Notes: generated by a model from the sequence alone, not told the origin. A stretch of 64,000 nucleotides of DNA from an uncultured Candidatus Rokubacteria bacterium (GCA_963758635.1 CAVWWD010000004.1:64001-128000); one strand, 5' to 3'. Positions 30,077-41,400 are shown, numbered from the stretch's first letter. Numbers and translations: made by a program.

Positions 30077-31792
30077 GTGACGTCCTCGACCGAAGCGCTC
30101 CGCGCCCGCGGTCCCTTCCGCCTCGAGGCGCAGGCGATGCTGTGCACGCTGGTGCTCGCCATCGTCGCGTTCTGCGTGGTCTACCCGATCTTCCTCGTCG
30201 TGCTGCAGAGCTTCCAGGTGGCGGCGCCGGGGCAGCCCGCGCGCTACGGCCTGGACGGCTGGCGCGCCGCCTTCGACGAGCCGGCGCTCCGCACCGCGCT
30301 CGTCAACACCCTCACGGTGACGTTCGTCCGCCAGCTCATCTCGTTGCCGCTGGCCGTGCTCGTGGCGTGGCTGCTCGCGCGCACGGACCTGCCCGGGCGC
30401 GGGTGGATCGAGTTCGCGTTCTGGGCCGCCTTCTTCCTGCCCCCCCTGACCGTGACGCTCGGCTGGGTGCTGCTCCTCGACCCGGATTACGGCCTCGTCA
30501 ACACGTGGCTCGCCGCCCTCGTGGGGCGGAAGCCGTTCGACATCTACTCGTTCTGGGGCATCGTCTGGGTGCACGTGATCACGGGATCGCTCACCGTGAA
30601 GGTCATCCTGCTCACCCCGGCGTTCCGGAACATGAACGCCGCGCTCGAGGAGGCCTCGCGCGTGGCGGGGGCGAGCACGCTCCGCACCGCGCTCCGGATC
30701 ACCGTGCCGGTGATGGCCCCGGCCATCCTGTCCGTGCTGCTGCTGGGCACGATGGTGTCGCTCCAGACCTTCGAGGTGGAGCAGGTCCTCGGCGTGCCGT
30801 TCCGCTTCTTCGTGTTCAGCACGATGATCTACGACCTGCTGGTCACGCGCGTGCCGCGCTACGACGCGGCCACCGCGCTCGCCGTGCTCATCCTGGCCGC
30901 GATGCTCCCGCTGGTGCTCGCGCAGCAGTGGGTGACACGAGGCCGCCGGTACACCACCGTGACCGGCCAGTTCCAGAACCGGGCCCACGCGCTGGGCCGC
31001 TGGCGCTGGGCCGCCGGCGCATTCGTGCTGGCCCTGGTGCTGGTGGTCCTGGTCGTGCCGATGGCCGTCGCCGGCCTGGGCACGTTCATGAAGCTCTTCG
31101 GCTACTTCCACATCAAGGAGCCGTGGACGCTCGACAACTGGCGCACCGTGCTCACCGACGACCTGTTCCTGCGCTCGCTCCGGAACACGGTCACGCTCGC
31201 GCTGGGCACCGCCGTGGCCGCGCTCGTCGTCCACTCGCTGATCGCGTACATCGTGGTGCGCACGCGCTACGCCGGGCGCCGCCTGCTCGACACCATCTCG
31301 TGGCTGCCCTTCACGGTGCCGGGGATCATCCTGGGCCTGGCGCTCCTGTGGCTCTTCCTCGACGTGGGCCTGCTGCGGCCGCTCTACGGGTCCATGACGC
31401 TCCTGGTCGTGGCCGGCGTCATCTCCGGCATGCCGCTCGGCGTGCAGATCATCAAGAGCGGGATGATGCAGCTCGGCAGCGAGCTCGAGGAGGCCTCGCG
31501 CATCGCGGGGGCGTCGTGGCTGGCCACGTACCGGCGGATCGTGCTGCGGCTGATGGCGCCCACGCTCCTGGCCGTGGGCATGATCACGTTCGTGGGCGCC
31601 GCGCGCAACATCGGGAACATCGCGCTGCTCTCGACGAGCGCGACGCGCCCGCTGTCCATCCTGCAGCTCGACTACATCGCCCAGCGGAAGCTCGAGGCGG
31701 CGGTGGTCGTGGCCTGCATCATCATGCTCATCTCGCTGGTCGGCGCCCTGGCCGCGCGGCTCGCCGGGCTGCGCGGCAGCAACGTCGGCTGA
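30077..31792 (+). CDS. Iron ABC transporter permease (FbpB/AfuB-like)
   Basis: Two EAA loops (LEEASRVAGAS, LEEASRIAGAS) and about 12 TM segments. Confidence 0.92.
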   Translation: MTSSTEALRARGPFRLEAQAMLCTLVLAIVAFCVVYPIFLVVLQSFQVAAPGQPARYGLDGWRAAFDEPALRTALVNTLTVTFVRQLISLPLAVLVAWLLARTDLPGRGWIEFAFWAAFFLPPLTVTLGWVLLLDPDYGLVNTWLAALVGRKPFDIYSFWGIVWVHVITGSLTVKVILLTPAFRNMNAALEEASRVAGASTLRTALRITVPVMAPAILSVLLLGTMVSLQTFEVEQVLGVPFRFFVFSTMIYDLLVTRVPRYDAATALAVLILAAMLPLVLAQQWVTRGRRYTTVTGQFQNRAHALGRWRWAAGAFVLALVLVVLVVPMAVAGLGTFMKLFGYFHIKEPWTLDNWRTVLTDDLFLRSLRNTVTLALGTAVAALVVHSLIAYIVVRTRYAGRRLLDTISWLPFTVPGIILGLALLWLFLDVGLLRPLYGSMTLLVVAGVISGMPLGVQIIKSGMMQLGSELEEASRIAGASWLATYRRIVLRLMAPTLLAVGMITFVGAARNIGNIALLSTSATRPLSILQLDYIAQRKLEAAVVVACIIMLISLVGALAARLAGLRGSNVG

Positions 31793-31820
31793 GAGGGGGA
31801 CGGGGGAGATCGTGACGAGA

Positions 31821-31835
31821 CGGCACGCCTTGTGC
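31821..31835 (+). promoter_or_regulatory. Possible sigma54 -24/-12 promoter upstream of the SDR gene
   Basis: CGGCACGCCTTGTGC (GG-N10-GC). Confidence 0.35.
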
Positions 31836-31912
31836 CCGCGGAGGCGCGGTGTTGGCCCGCTCGCTGGAGCCGAAGTCCGCGTTCTGTCACAACTCAAACA
31901 GGAGGAGACCGG

Positions 31913-32716
31913 GTGAAGCTCGAGGGGAAGGTCGCGATCGTCACGGGCACGAGCCCGAACATCGGGGGAGGGATCGCGCAGGGCCTGGCCGAGGAGGGCT
32001 GCCGCGTCGTGTGCGTGGACGCGGTGGCCGACAACGCGGGGCAGTGCGCAGCGTTCATCGTGAGCCGGGGCGGCCAGGCGCTCGGTGTCACCTGCGACGT
32101 GACGGACGAGGCCCAGGTCGAGGCCATGGTCGCGCGCGCCCGCGAGGCCTACGGCGGCGTCGACGTGCTCGTCAACAACGCGGGCATCCTCGGCGGGCTC
32201 TCCGTGCTGGAGATGCCGCTCGAGCGCTGGAGCCGGCAGATCGCCGTCAACCTCACGGGCACGTTCCTCTGCACCAAGCACGTGGCCCGCGCCATGGTGG
32301 AGGACCGCCGCGCCGGCAGCATCATCGTGATCGTGTCCACGGCCGGGCACCAGGGCCAGCCGGGCAACATCGGCTACTGCACGAGCAAGAGCGGCCTCCT
32401 GAACTTCACTCGCGCCGCCGCGATGGACCTCGCCCGCCACGGCATCCGCGTCAACAGCCTCACGCCGACCGCCACCGACCCGGAGGAGGCCGTGGAGCGC
32501 GGCGTGGCCTGGGGGCGCCCACGCCCGGCGCCCCGCGGTCCCGGCATGCTGGACTTCCGGAAGATGGTGCCGGCGGGCCGCCTGCCCAGCCCCCGCCACT
32601 ACGCCCGCGCCGCGGTGTTCCTGGCCGGGGACGACGCCGAGATGATCACGGGCATGGACCTGCGCGTGGACGCGGGGGCCATCGCGAAGTACTGGCCCTG
32701 GATCCCGAACGCGTGA
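31913..32716 (+). CDS. Short-chain dehydrogenase/reductase
   Basis: VTGTSPNIG, VNNAG, YCTSK, GIRVN; RBS AGGAGGAG. Confidence 0.92.
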   Translation: MKLEGKVAIVTGTSPNIGGGIAQGLAEEGCRVVCVDAVADNAGQCAAFIVSRGGQALGVTCDVTDEAQVEAMVARAREAYGGVDVLVNNAGILGGLSVLEMPLERWSRQIAVNLTGTFLCTKHVARAMVEDRRAGSIIVIVSTAGHQGQPGNIGYCTSKSGLLNFTRAAAMDLARHGIRVNSLTPTATDPEEAVERGVAWGRPRPAPRGPGMLDFRKMVPAGRLPSPRHYARAAVFLAGDDAEMITGMDLRVDAGAIAKYWPWIPNA

Positions 32717-32838
32717 GCGCGCGCGTGTCGTCGCATCGCGCCGCCACGGGCGGCTGACCTTCACCGGGAGCCGGACCGACGCGCATTCTCTGGCCTGTAC
32801 GGCTTCAGCTGCCGATACGGCTTCACCTGCCCGCCATC

Positions 32839-34062
32839 GTGGGCCCCTTCGTGACGCTGGGGCTCGTGTACGGAGTCTGGTACTCGTACTCCGTCCTGCT
32901 GGTCGCCCTCGTGCAGGAGTTCGCGTGGCCACGGGCCCTGGCCGCGGGGGCCTTTTCCGTCTTCGTGGTCGTCCACGGCGGGGTCGGGCCGGTCGTGGGC
33001 CGGCTCATCGAGTCGCTCGGCGTCCGGCTCGTCATGGTGTCGGGCGCCGTCTGCCTGGCCGCCGGCCTCCTCCTGGCCGCGCACACGAGCGCGTGGTGGC
33101 ATCTCTACCTCGCCTTCGGCGTGGCCGCCGCGGCCGGGTCGTGCGCGACCGGCTGGGTGCCCGCGGTGACCATCGTGCGCCGCTGGCATCCGAGGAACTT
33201 CGGCACCGCAGTGGGCATCGCCTCGGCAGGCACGGGCGTGGGCATCCTGGCGGTGGTCCCGGCCACGCAGCTCCTGATCGGCGGCCTGGGCTGGCGCTGG
33301 GCGCTTCGCATCCTGGCCGCGGTCATCTTGCTCTGGGTGCTGACCGCGGTGCGATGGTTCGCGGGAGACGGCCCGCGGGAGATGACGCAAGGGCCCGCCG
33401 CCCAGGACATGGCCGGTGGCGGCTCCGCGGCCTCCCACTGGACGCTGGCCATGGCGCTCCGCTCGTGGCGGTTCTGGGGCGTGGGCGTGGTCTTTCTCGC
33501 GGGCAGCACGGCGACCCAGACCCTTCTCGTGCACCAGGTGGCCTATCTCGTGGACACGGGCGTGGCCGCCATCGTCGCGGCCAGCGTGGCGAGCGTGGTC
33601 GGCCTGGCGAGCGTGGCCGGCAAGATCGCGTGGGGCTGGCTGGCCGACCACGTGGGCAGCGAGGTCGCGTTCACCCTCGCGTCGATCTGCGTGGTGGCGG
33701 CGATCGGCGTCCTGGCCTTGACCTCGCCCGGGATGCCCGCGCTCGCGTTCGTCTACGCCGTGCTCATGGGCGTGGGATACGCGTCCTCGGCGCCGCTCCC
33801 GCCCGCCGTGGTCGGCCGCCTGTTCCGGGGCCCGTACTTCACGAGCATCTTCGGCGCGCTGCAGCCCGCGACGTCCATCGGCAGCGCGGCGGGCGCCTGG
33901 GCCGCGGGCCGCATCTTCGACCGGACGGGAAGCTACGCGATCGCGCTCGCCCTGGCCGCGATCATTGCCGCCCTGGCGCCCGTTCTGCTCTGGATCGTCG
34001 CCCCCCGCCGCCCGCATCCGCCGCCTCCACCCCCACCAGGCACGCGAGCGCCATCAGCGTGA
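32839..34062 (+). CDS. MFS transporter (start uncertain)
   Basis: About 12 TM segments, resembles 16817-18061; GWLADHVG. Confidence 0.85.
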   Translation: MGPFVTLGLVYGVWYSYSVLLVALVQEFAWPRALAAGAFSVFVVVHGGVGPVVGRLIESLGVRLVMVSGAVCLAAGLLLAAHTSAWWHLYLAFGVAAAAGSCATGWVPAVTIVRRWHPRNFGTAVGIASAGTGVGILAVVPATQLLIGGLGWRWALRILAAVILLWVLTAVRWFAGDGPREMTQGPAAQDMAGGGSAASHWTLAMALRSWRFWGVGVVFLAGSTATQTLLVHQVAYLVDTGVAAIVAASVASVVGLASVAGKIAWGWLADHVGSEVAFTLASICVVAAIGVLALTSPGMPALAFVYAVLMGVGYASSAPLPPAVVGRLFRGPYFTSIFGALQPATSIGSAAGAWAAGRIFDRTGSYAIALALAAIIAALAPVLLWIVAPRRPHPPPPPPPGTRAPSA

Positions 34063-35161
34063 GCGCGCTGGCGACGGCGAATCCCACCCCGAGCGAGGCG
34101 CGCTCGACGACGGCGGCGATCAGCAGCGAGCCGGCGAGGATCCCGAGGTCCCAGGCTCCGGAGACCATGCCCATGGCCACCCCGCGCTCGCGATCCGGCA
34201 CTCGATCGACCACCAGGGCGACCAGCATCGGATAGAGCGCCGAGCTTCCGGCGGCCAGGAGGAACGCGGCGAGCGCCAGGCGAGGCGGGGCCGGAGGCGC
34301 GATCAGCACGGCGAAGCCCGCGGCCATCAGGCCGAGCGCCGGCACCAGGATGCGGGGCCGGCCCCAGCGATCAGCCATGCCGGTGACGCCGATGCGGAAG
34401 AAGATCATGGCGGTCGAGTACAGGCCGAAGAACCACGTGAGGTGGCGGTCGTGTCCGTGCGCGGCCGCGTGCAGCGGCAGGAACGCGTAGAGCACGCTCT
34501 GGCCCATGGCCGCCACGACGAGCACGAGCGACAGGGGCAGCGCTCCGCGGCTCCACAAACGCACGGGATCCCGCGCCGACGGGGCCCAGCCGCCCATCAC
34601 CGAGCGCATCGCGAGCGCGATGCCTACCGCGGCGAGCCCGAGCACGGTCACCAGCGCGAAGTTGGCGCGCGCGCCGACCTCGCGGAACAGCCAGAGGCCG
34701 AGCGGCGCGGCTGCGGCCATGGAGACCGGCGCGGCCAGGTAGTAGAGGCTCAGCGCTCGGCCCCGCTCGGCAGCCGGCGCGCTGGCGGCGAGGACCGCGG
34801 CCGCCATCGTGACCAGGCCGTAGCCCACCCCGAAGCCGGCCATCAGCGCGATGAACGCCGGCGGGCCGCTCGCGGCCTGGAGGCCGAGGGACGTGAGCAC
34901 CACGAGAGCGGCACCGGGGACGAGGGCCCTCCGGACGCCGCTCCGGTCGATCCAGACGCCCGCCATCGGACGCAGGATCACCGAGACCAGCGAGAAGACG
35001 GAGAAGAGCAGGCCGACCTGGGTGCTGGTGCCGCCCAGCGCCACCAGGTGCATGGACAGGACCGGCGTGAGCCCGTAGACGGCGAGGTGGGCCACCACGC
35101 TGATTCCCATCGCCGTGGCCAGGGCCGGTGAGATCGAAGCGACGAGCGCCCGTGGATTCAC
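33962..35161 (-). CDS. MFS transporter
   Basis: GVWIDRSGVR, ADRWGR, DRERGVAMG; about 12 TM segments. Confidence 0.85.
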   Translation of the reverse strand: MNPRALVASISPALATAMGISVVAHLAVYGLTPVLSMHLVALGGTSTQVGLLFSVFSLVSVILRPMAGVWIDRSGVRRALVPGAALVVLTSLGLQAASGPPAFIALMAGFGVGYGLVTMAAAVLAASAPAAERGRALSLYYLAAPVSMAAAAPLGLWLFREVGARANFALVTVLGLAAVGIALAMRSVMGGWAPSARDPVRLWSRGALPLSLVLVVAAMGQSVLYAFLPLHAAAHGHDRHLTWFFGLYSTAMIFFRIGVTGMADRWGRPRILVPALGLMAAGFAVLIAPPAPPRLALAAFLLAAGSSALYPMLVALVVDRVPDRERGVAMGMVSGAWDLGILAGSLLIAAVVERASLGVGFAVASALTLMALACLVGVEAADAGGGGRRSRAERAPGRQ

Positions 35162-35224
35162 GCCTTCCCGGGATGCCCAGACGGCCGCGCGCCCGCGCCG
35201 GCGGCGGCCCTCCACGGACGGGGC

Positions 35225-35292
35225 GAGCGGCAGCGTGAACGTGGACGTCGACTCTTCACCCAGCTGACTCTCCACCCAGATCCGGCCGCCGC
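35225..35292 (-). pseudogene. Histidine-kinase HATPase_c C-terminal remnant
   Basis: GGRIWVESQLGEESTSTFTLP resembles the G2-box tail GGRIWVES..G.GSTFTFTLP. Confidence 0.55.
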
Positions 35293-35313
35293 ACGATCCC
35301 GGCCAGGGTTTTG

Positions 35314-35739
35314 TCAGCGCCGCCGCAGCCAGTCGACGCTGACGATCCTCGCCGCGACCACCGGCGCGAACTCGCGATCGCCCGTGAGGATGACCGCCTC
35401 GTGCTCTCGCGCCGCGACGACGGCAAAGGCGTCGGCATACGACAAGGCAAAGCGCGCCTTCACGTGAGCCGCGGCGAGAACCGTCGAGCGCGTCACGGGC
35501 AGGATTGCGAGCGGCAGGGCGTCGACGGCGGCGAGCACCCGGTGAGCGTGTACGAGGCCGCGCCCGCGCTCGGTGATGTACAGCACCTCGCCGAGATTGA
35601 TGAGTGACATATAGACGACGCCGCGTCCGGCCTCGGCCGCCTCGAGCGCCGCGCGGACCTTGGGCATCCCGGGCTCGCCACCGAGGTACGCGAGGAGCGC
35701 GAAGCTGTCGAGGACGAACGCCGGAGCCTTATCGGCCAC
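35314..35739 (-). CDS. vapC: VapC-family PIN toxin
   Basis: VLDSFA, NLGEV, LSYADA, TGDREF. Confidence 0.9.
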   Translation of the reverse strand: MADKAPAFVLDSFALLAYLGGEPGMPKVRAALEAAEAGRGVVYMSLINLGEVLYITERGRGLVHAHRVLAAVDALPLAILPVTRSTVLAAAHVKARFALSYADAFAVVAAREHEAVILTGDREFAPVVAARIVSVDWLRRR

Positions 35740-35962
35740 GGCCCCGTTCGCGGCGGTGTTCGATCGACAGGGCGCGCGTCAAGGATCTCCTGCCCTTCAG
35801 CATCCCGGCGGCTTGCCGCGTTGGCCGGCCCATGGTCGGCACGAGCGCGAGGACACCCCCGTAGTCGACGACGCTCACCTCGGCGCCGGGCTCCAGATTG
35901 TACTTGCGGCGCAAATCGACAGGAATGACAACCCATCCCTTCTCGGACACAGTCACCGGCAT
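35729..35962 (-). CDS. AbrB/MazE/SpoVT-family antitoxin
   Basis: VSEKGWVVIPVDLRRKYNLEPG; overlaps the vapC start. Confidence 0.88.
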   Translation of the reverse strand: MPVTVSEKGWVVIPVDLRRKYNLEPGAEVSVVDYGGVLALVPTMGRPTRQAAGMLKGRRSLTRALSIEHRRERGRGR

Positions 35963-35981
35963 CGTGGCCTCCACGTCGTGG

Positions 35982-36013
35982 GCGTTATACTGGCGACTCG
36001 AATGGTATAACGC
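35982..36013. promoter_or_regulatory. Inverted-repeat operator upstream of the antitoxin
   Basis: GCGTTATAC-N14-GTATAACGC. Confidence 0.6.
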
Positions 36014-36095
36014 GTGGCCCTCCAGGCAAAAGACGGACGCTGACGACGCGGGTGTCAAGACGGCGTGCGGATCGCGTCGTCGAAGCTCTCCTCCG

Positions 36096-37232
36096 CTACG
36101 GCTTGATGCCCAGGAGCTTCGCCGCCGTCTCGCCGAGCATCGCCCGGCGCTGCGCGACAGTGAAGCCGGGCGCCTTCAGGATGTGATTCACGGAGTCGGC
36201 CTGCCAGGGGATCGGGTGGTCGGTGCCGATGACCAGCCGGTTCACGCCGACCTCGGCGGCCAGGTGGCGGAGCGCCTCCCCGGTGAAGACCAGCGTGTCG
36301 TAGTACATCTGCTTCAGATACTCGGTGGGCTTCTTCTTCAGGCGGACGCCGGTGTCCATGTCGGGCGCGACGCGCAGGCTGTTGTCGGAGCGCGCGGCGT
36401 AGGAGGGCAGGAAGCCGCCGCCGTGGGCGGAGACGATCTTGAGCCGCGGGAAGCGGTCGAGCGTGCCCTCGAAGATCAGGTGCGAGAGCGCGATCGTCGT
36501 GTCGAGCGGGTTGCCGATCGTGTTCTCCAGCCAGCCCTGCCCCTTGAAGCGGCCGGCGAGCTCGGGGGTGCTCTGCGGATGGATGAAGATGACCGCGCCG
36601 AGCTCCTCGGCCTTGGCCCAGAACGGATGGAACTTCGGGTCGGAGAACTCCTGGCCGGCGACGTTTGCCCCCACCGCGGCGCCGCGGAGCCCGAGCCCCT
36701 TCATCGCCTGCGTGAGCTGCTGCACCGCCAGGGCCGGGTACTGGAGCGCCACCGAGGCGAACGCGACGAAGCGGTCAGGGTACCGGGCGCAGAAGTCGGC
36801 GAGCGCCTCGTTCTGGATCGAGATCACCTTCTCCGCAACGTCGCGCTCGGCCCGGTACCAGCGGGGGTTGATGCTCAGCGCCTCCATGTCGATGCCCTGC
36901 GCGTCCATCTCGCGCATGCGCCGCGGGCCGACCTCCTCGATCCCCGGCCCGCGATGGTCCGACACCTGGAGGCCGAGGAGCGCGTAGGCCTCGGGGATGA
37001 TGCAGTGGGCGTGCACGTCGATCGTCCGCACCCGGCGGCCGCCCACCATCACCTCACGGCGCCGCGGCGCCGCGCGCCGCCGCGTCTGGCGCGCGCTCCG
37101 CTTGCCCCGCGCGGCCGCCGCGGCCCGGGTCCGTCCCCGTGCGCGCGCCCAGTCGAGCAGATCGCAACCGGTGAAGGCGATGGCGGCCGGCATCCCGGCG
37201 GTGCTCCCGGCGAACGGATCGCGCGTGGTCAT
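36096..37232 (-). CDS. Amidohydrolase_2 (ACMSD-like decarboxylase/hydratase)
   Basis: IDVHAH, IFIHP, SAHGGG, GTDHP. Confidence 0.9.
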   Translation of the reverse strand: MTTRDPFAGSTAGMPAAIAFTGCDLLDWARARGRTRAAAAARGKRSARQTRRRAAPRRREVMVGGRRVRTIDVHAHCIIPEAYALLGLQVSDHRGPGIEEVGPRRMREMDAQGIDMEALSINPRWYRAERDVAEKVISIQNEALADFCARYPDRFVAFASVALQYPALAVQQLTQAMKGLGLRGAAVGANVAGQEFSDPKFHPFWAKAEELGAVIFIHPQSTPELAGRFKGQGWLENTIGNPLDTTIALSHLIFEGTLDRFPRLKIVSAHGGGFLPSYAARSDNSLRVAPDMDTGVRLKKKPTEYLKQMYYDTLVFTGEALRHLAAEVGVNRLVIGTDHPIPWQADSVNHILKAPGFTVAQRRAMLGETAAKLLGIKP

Positions 37233-37346
37233 GGTGTCCTCCCTGCCTCGCGTCTCACGCGAGGTCTGGAGCGGTCGCCGGGGCGAATCCGGCGCCGCTC
37301 GCTTGGACGGCCTCGGTCGTCGTCTGCGTTTACACGGATTTCACGC

Positions 37347-39662
37347 TTACACCGGTCTCGGCCCGCCCGCCGCCATGGCGCGGATGTCCGCGCGCGTGAC
37401 GGGCACGCGGGTCACCCGCGCGCCGAAGGGGGCGAGGGCGTCCTCCACCGCCTGGGCGATCACGGGGTGCACCGGCATGATGCCGCCCTCGCCGGCGCCC
37501 TTCGCCCCCAGCGGGTTGAGCGGCGTCGGCGACTCCAGGTGGCGGATGTCGAAGGTCGGCGGGGCGTCCCCGGCGGTGGCGAGCGCGTAGTCCATGAGCG
37601 TGGCGGTGAGCCGCTGGCCCGACTCGTCGTGGACCAGCTGGTCGTTCAGCGCGTCGGCCAGCCCCTGGACCACGCCGCCGTGGATCTGGCCATCCACCAT
37701 GCCGGGATGCAGGACGCGTCCGCAGTCGTGGGCCACGACCCAGCGCAGCACCTTCACCGCGCCGGTCTCGGGGTCCACCTCGATGACGGCGGCGTGGGTG
37801 CCGTTGGCGTAGGACGAGCGCTCCACGGTGAACACGTTGGTGTCCTCGAGTCCGGTCTCCTCCCCGGGAACGCGCCCGGCGTGAGCGGCCGCCGCCACCT
37901 CTTCCCACGACACCGTGCGGGCCGGGAAGCCGCGGACCATGAACCGGCCGTCCTGGACGATCACGTCGGCGGCCGCGGCCTCGAGCAGATGGCCGGCGAT
38001 CCGGCGTGACTTCTCGGCCACGACGCGCCCGGCGAGGAGCGCCGCGCTGCCGCCGAGCGCGGTGACGCGGCTGCCGTAGGTGCCGCCGCCGGTGTGGATG
38101 AGGCTCGTGTCCCCCGTCTTCACCTCGATGCCGTCGGGGTCCACGCCGAGCTCGGCGCCGACCAGCCGCGAGAGCATGGTCTCGTGGCCCTGGCCCTGGG
38201 GCGACGCGCCGCACACCACGAGCACGCGTCCGTCCGCGCCCACACGCACGGTGACGGCCTCGAGCGGCACCGTGGCCGTGGCCTCCACGTAGTTCACGAG
38301 GCCCACGCCGAGCCAGCGCCCTTCGGCGCGCAGACGCGCCTGCTCCCCACGCACCGCGGGCATGTCGAGCGCCTCGCGCCGCCAGCTCCATGCAGCGCGG
38401 GTAGTCGCCGCTGTCGTAGATCACCGGGCCGCGCCCGGCGGTGTTGAGCCCGGTGTTGTACGGCTGCTCCTCGGGGCCGATCAGGTTGCGGCGGCGCACG
38501 TCCAGGGGGTCGAGGCCGAGCTCGCGGGCCACCGCGTCCACCGCGCGCTCGGCCACGAACGTGCCCTGGGGCCGGCCCGCCCCGCGATAGGCGCCGACCG
38601 GCGTGGTGTTGGTGAGCACGCCGCGCATGTGCAGGTCCACGTGCGGGATGCGGTACGCGCTGACGGAGTGGATCATCGTGTTCTGCGGCAGGTTGAGGCC
38701 CGAGGCGGTGTAGGCGCCGAGCTCGTGCAGGAAGCTGTCGCGGAGCGCCACCAGCGTGCCGTCGCGCCGGGCCGCCACCTCGAGCGTGTGCACCTGCTCG
38801 CGCTCCACCCACGAGGCCACGGTGTGCTCGCGACGGTCCTCGATCCACTTCACCGGGCGCCCGAGGCGCATCGCGAGGAGCGGCACCAGGATGTCCTCGG
38901 GATACCACTGCCCCTTCGTCCCGAAGCCGCCCCCCACGTCGGCGGGCGCGATGACCCGCACCTGCTCCTCCGGCAGCCCCACGTGCTGGGCGATGAAGCG
39001 CCGGTGCCGGTGCACCATCTGGATGGCCGCCCACACCGTGAGCTGCCCCTCGGCGAAGCGGGCCACGAGCCCGCGCGTCTCCAGCGGGTGCGCGCCGCCT
39101 CGCGACTGGCGGAGCGTGACGCGCACGACCACGTCGGCGCCGCGGATCGCCGCGTCGGGATCGCCCACGCGCTGCCGCCACTCCGCGGCCACGTTGCTCG
39201 CCAGCGCCTCGTGCACGAGCGCCGCGCCGGGAAGCGCCGCGGCCTCCACGTCGGCCACCGCGGGGAGCGGCTCGTAGTCGACGTTCACGAGGTCCACGGC
39301 GTCCTGCGCGCGATAGCGGTCCGTCGCCACCACCGCCACCACCGGCTCGCCCACGAAGCGCACGCGGCCGGCGGCGAGCGGCGGGATGCCCACGGGCGTC
39401 GGCAGCCCGGGGTGCGCGTTGAACACGGGGATGGGCGCGCCCGCCGGGCCCAGGTCCTCGGAGGTCACCACCGCGACCACGCCGGGCGCCTTCGCGGCGG
39501 CGCGCGTGTCGATCGACCGGATCACCGCGTGGGCGTGCGGCGAGCGCCCACCGCCATGTGCAGGCAGCCGTCCACGCGAAGGTCGTCGATGAAGAGCCCC
39601 CGTCCCGTGACGAGGCGCGGATCCTCCCGGCGTCTGATCACCTGCCCGGCATGCTCGGCCAT
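37347..39662 (-). CDS. Xanthine dehydrogenase/CoxL-like Mo-binding large subunit, frameshifts near 39550 and 38375
   Basis: RREDPRLVTG, GGGFG.K, AYRGAGRP, QGQGHET, GAKGAGEGG. Confidence 0.9.
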
Positions 39663-39684
39663 GCGATTCAGCTCCTTGCGTTGC

Positions 39685-39873
39685 TCACTCCGGCGCCCTC
39701 GGCATCACGATCCATAGCACGACGTACACGAGGATGCCGGGAAAGGCCACGGAGACGAGCGACACCACGATGTAGAGGATGCGTACGATCGTCGGGTCCC
39801 AGCCGAGCCACTCGGCGATGCCGCCGCAGACCCCGGCGATCATCTTGTTCCGGCGCGACCGCACGAGCGCCAT
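39685..39873 (-). CDS. pspC: PspC domain protein
   Basis: RSRRNKMIAGVCGGIAEWLGWDPTIVR. Confidence 0.85.
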   Translation of the reverse strand: MALVRSRRNKMIAGVCGGIAEWLGWDPTIVRILYIVVSLVSVAFPGILVYVVLWIVMPRAPE

Positions 39874-39875
39874 GG

Positions 39876-41394
39876 TCACTCCGCCTCCGCGGGCAGGCGC
39901 GACCGCCAGTCGAGGCTGCGCGAGACGAGGGGGCGCAGGGCCAGCGCCAGCAGGACGGCGCCGGCGGCGAGCAGCGCCACGGAGATGGGGCGCGTCACGA
40001 AGATGGCGTACTGGCCGTCGGACATGGCGAGAGACTGGCGGAGCGACAGCTCCATCATGGGCGAGAGCACCAGGCCCAGCACGATCGGCGCGGTCTCGAA
40101 GTCCAGCTTGCGCAGCACATAGCCCAGCACGCCGGTGGCGAGCATGATCCACACGTCCACCACGCTCCCGTTCACCGCGTACACGCCCAGGATGGAGCAC
40201 ACGAGGATGATCGGGTAGAGGACCGGGTACGGCACGCGGAGCAGGTTCACGAAGAGGCCCACGAGGGGCAGGTTCAAGACGAGCAGGATCACGTTGCCCA
40301 CGTACATCGAGGCGATGAAGCCCCAGAAGAGCTCGGGCGAGTTCTGGATCAGCAGCGGACCGGGGGTGACGCCGTGGACCATCATGGCCGCGAGCAGCAG
40401 CGCGGCGATGGGCGCGCTCGGCACGCCGAGGGCCAGCATGGGCACGAAGGCGCCGGAGGTGGCGGCGTTGTTCGCCGACTCGGGGCCGGCCACGCCGGCC
40501 ACCGCGCCCTGCCCGAACTCCTCGGGGCGCCGGGATATCTTCCGCTCGATGGCGTACGAGACGAACGTGGCGATGACGTGGGCGGAGCCCGGGGATGATC
40601 CCGATGAGGAAGCCGAGCGCGGTGCCGCGCCAGATCGGGCCGTTCGCCTCCCGCCACTCCTGGCGCGACGGCAAGAGGTCGCGCAGGCGAGGCCGGATCA
40701 CCTCGGGCGGCGCCGCCATCCCCGCCGTCACGAGGATCTCCGAGAGCCCGAACAGCCCCACCGCCACCGGGACCACGCCGATCCCGTCACCCAGCTCGGT
40801 GACCCCGTAGGCGAAGCGGAAGTAGCCGCTCATCTGGTCGATGCCGATGCTGCCGAGCAAGAGGCCCAGCGCGGCCATGGCGAGGCCGCGCAGCATCGAG
40901 CCGGAGTTCATGTAGGCGAGCACGAGCAGGCCCAGGAGCAGCAGCGAGAAGTACTCGGGCGGCCCGAAGCGGAGCGCGAGGGACGCGAGCGGCGGCGCGA
41001 GCACCATGAGCGCGATCACGCTCACCGTGCCCGCGACGTAGGAGCCCACCGCGGCGATGGCGAGCGCCGGCCCCGCCCGTCCCTTGCGGGCCATCGCGTA
41101 GCCGTCGATGCACGTCATCACCGACGCCGCCTCGCCGGGGATGCGCATGAGGATCGACGTGGTGGACCCGCCGTACATGGCGCCGTAGTAGATGCCGGCG
41201 AGCATCACGATGGCGCGCGTGGCGTCGAGCCCGAACGTGACGGGCAGGAGGAGGCTGATCCCGGCCAGCGGCCCCACGCCGGGGAGCACGCCGACCAGGG
41301 TGCCCACCACGCAGCCGACGAAGCCGTACCAGAGCACGCCCGGCGACAGCGCCACGCTGAAGCCCAGGTAGAGGTTCTGGAGGGTCTCGACCAC
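39876..41394 (-). CDS. tctA: Tripartite tricarboxylate transporter permease TctA, frameshift near 40590
   Basis: GVLPGVG, GAMYGGS, PESANNA. Confidence 0.93.
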
Positions 41395-41400
41395 GCGAGG

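Noticed and set aside
32798..32830. Short tandem TACGGCTTCA(G/C)CTG duplication before the MFS gene
   Set aside because: Only two copies; no function can be supported.
37347..39662. True aerobic CO dehydrogenase
   Set aside because: Lacks the form I AYxCSFR motif and adjacent coxM/coxS.
39685..41394. TctA-PspC fusion (likewise YqeC-aminotransferase, 48417..50345)
   Set aside because: Frameshift artefacts; each downstream gene has its own start.
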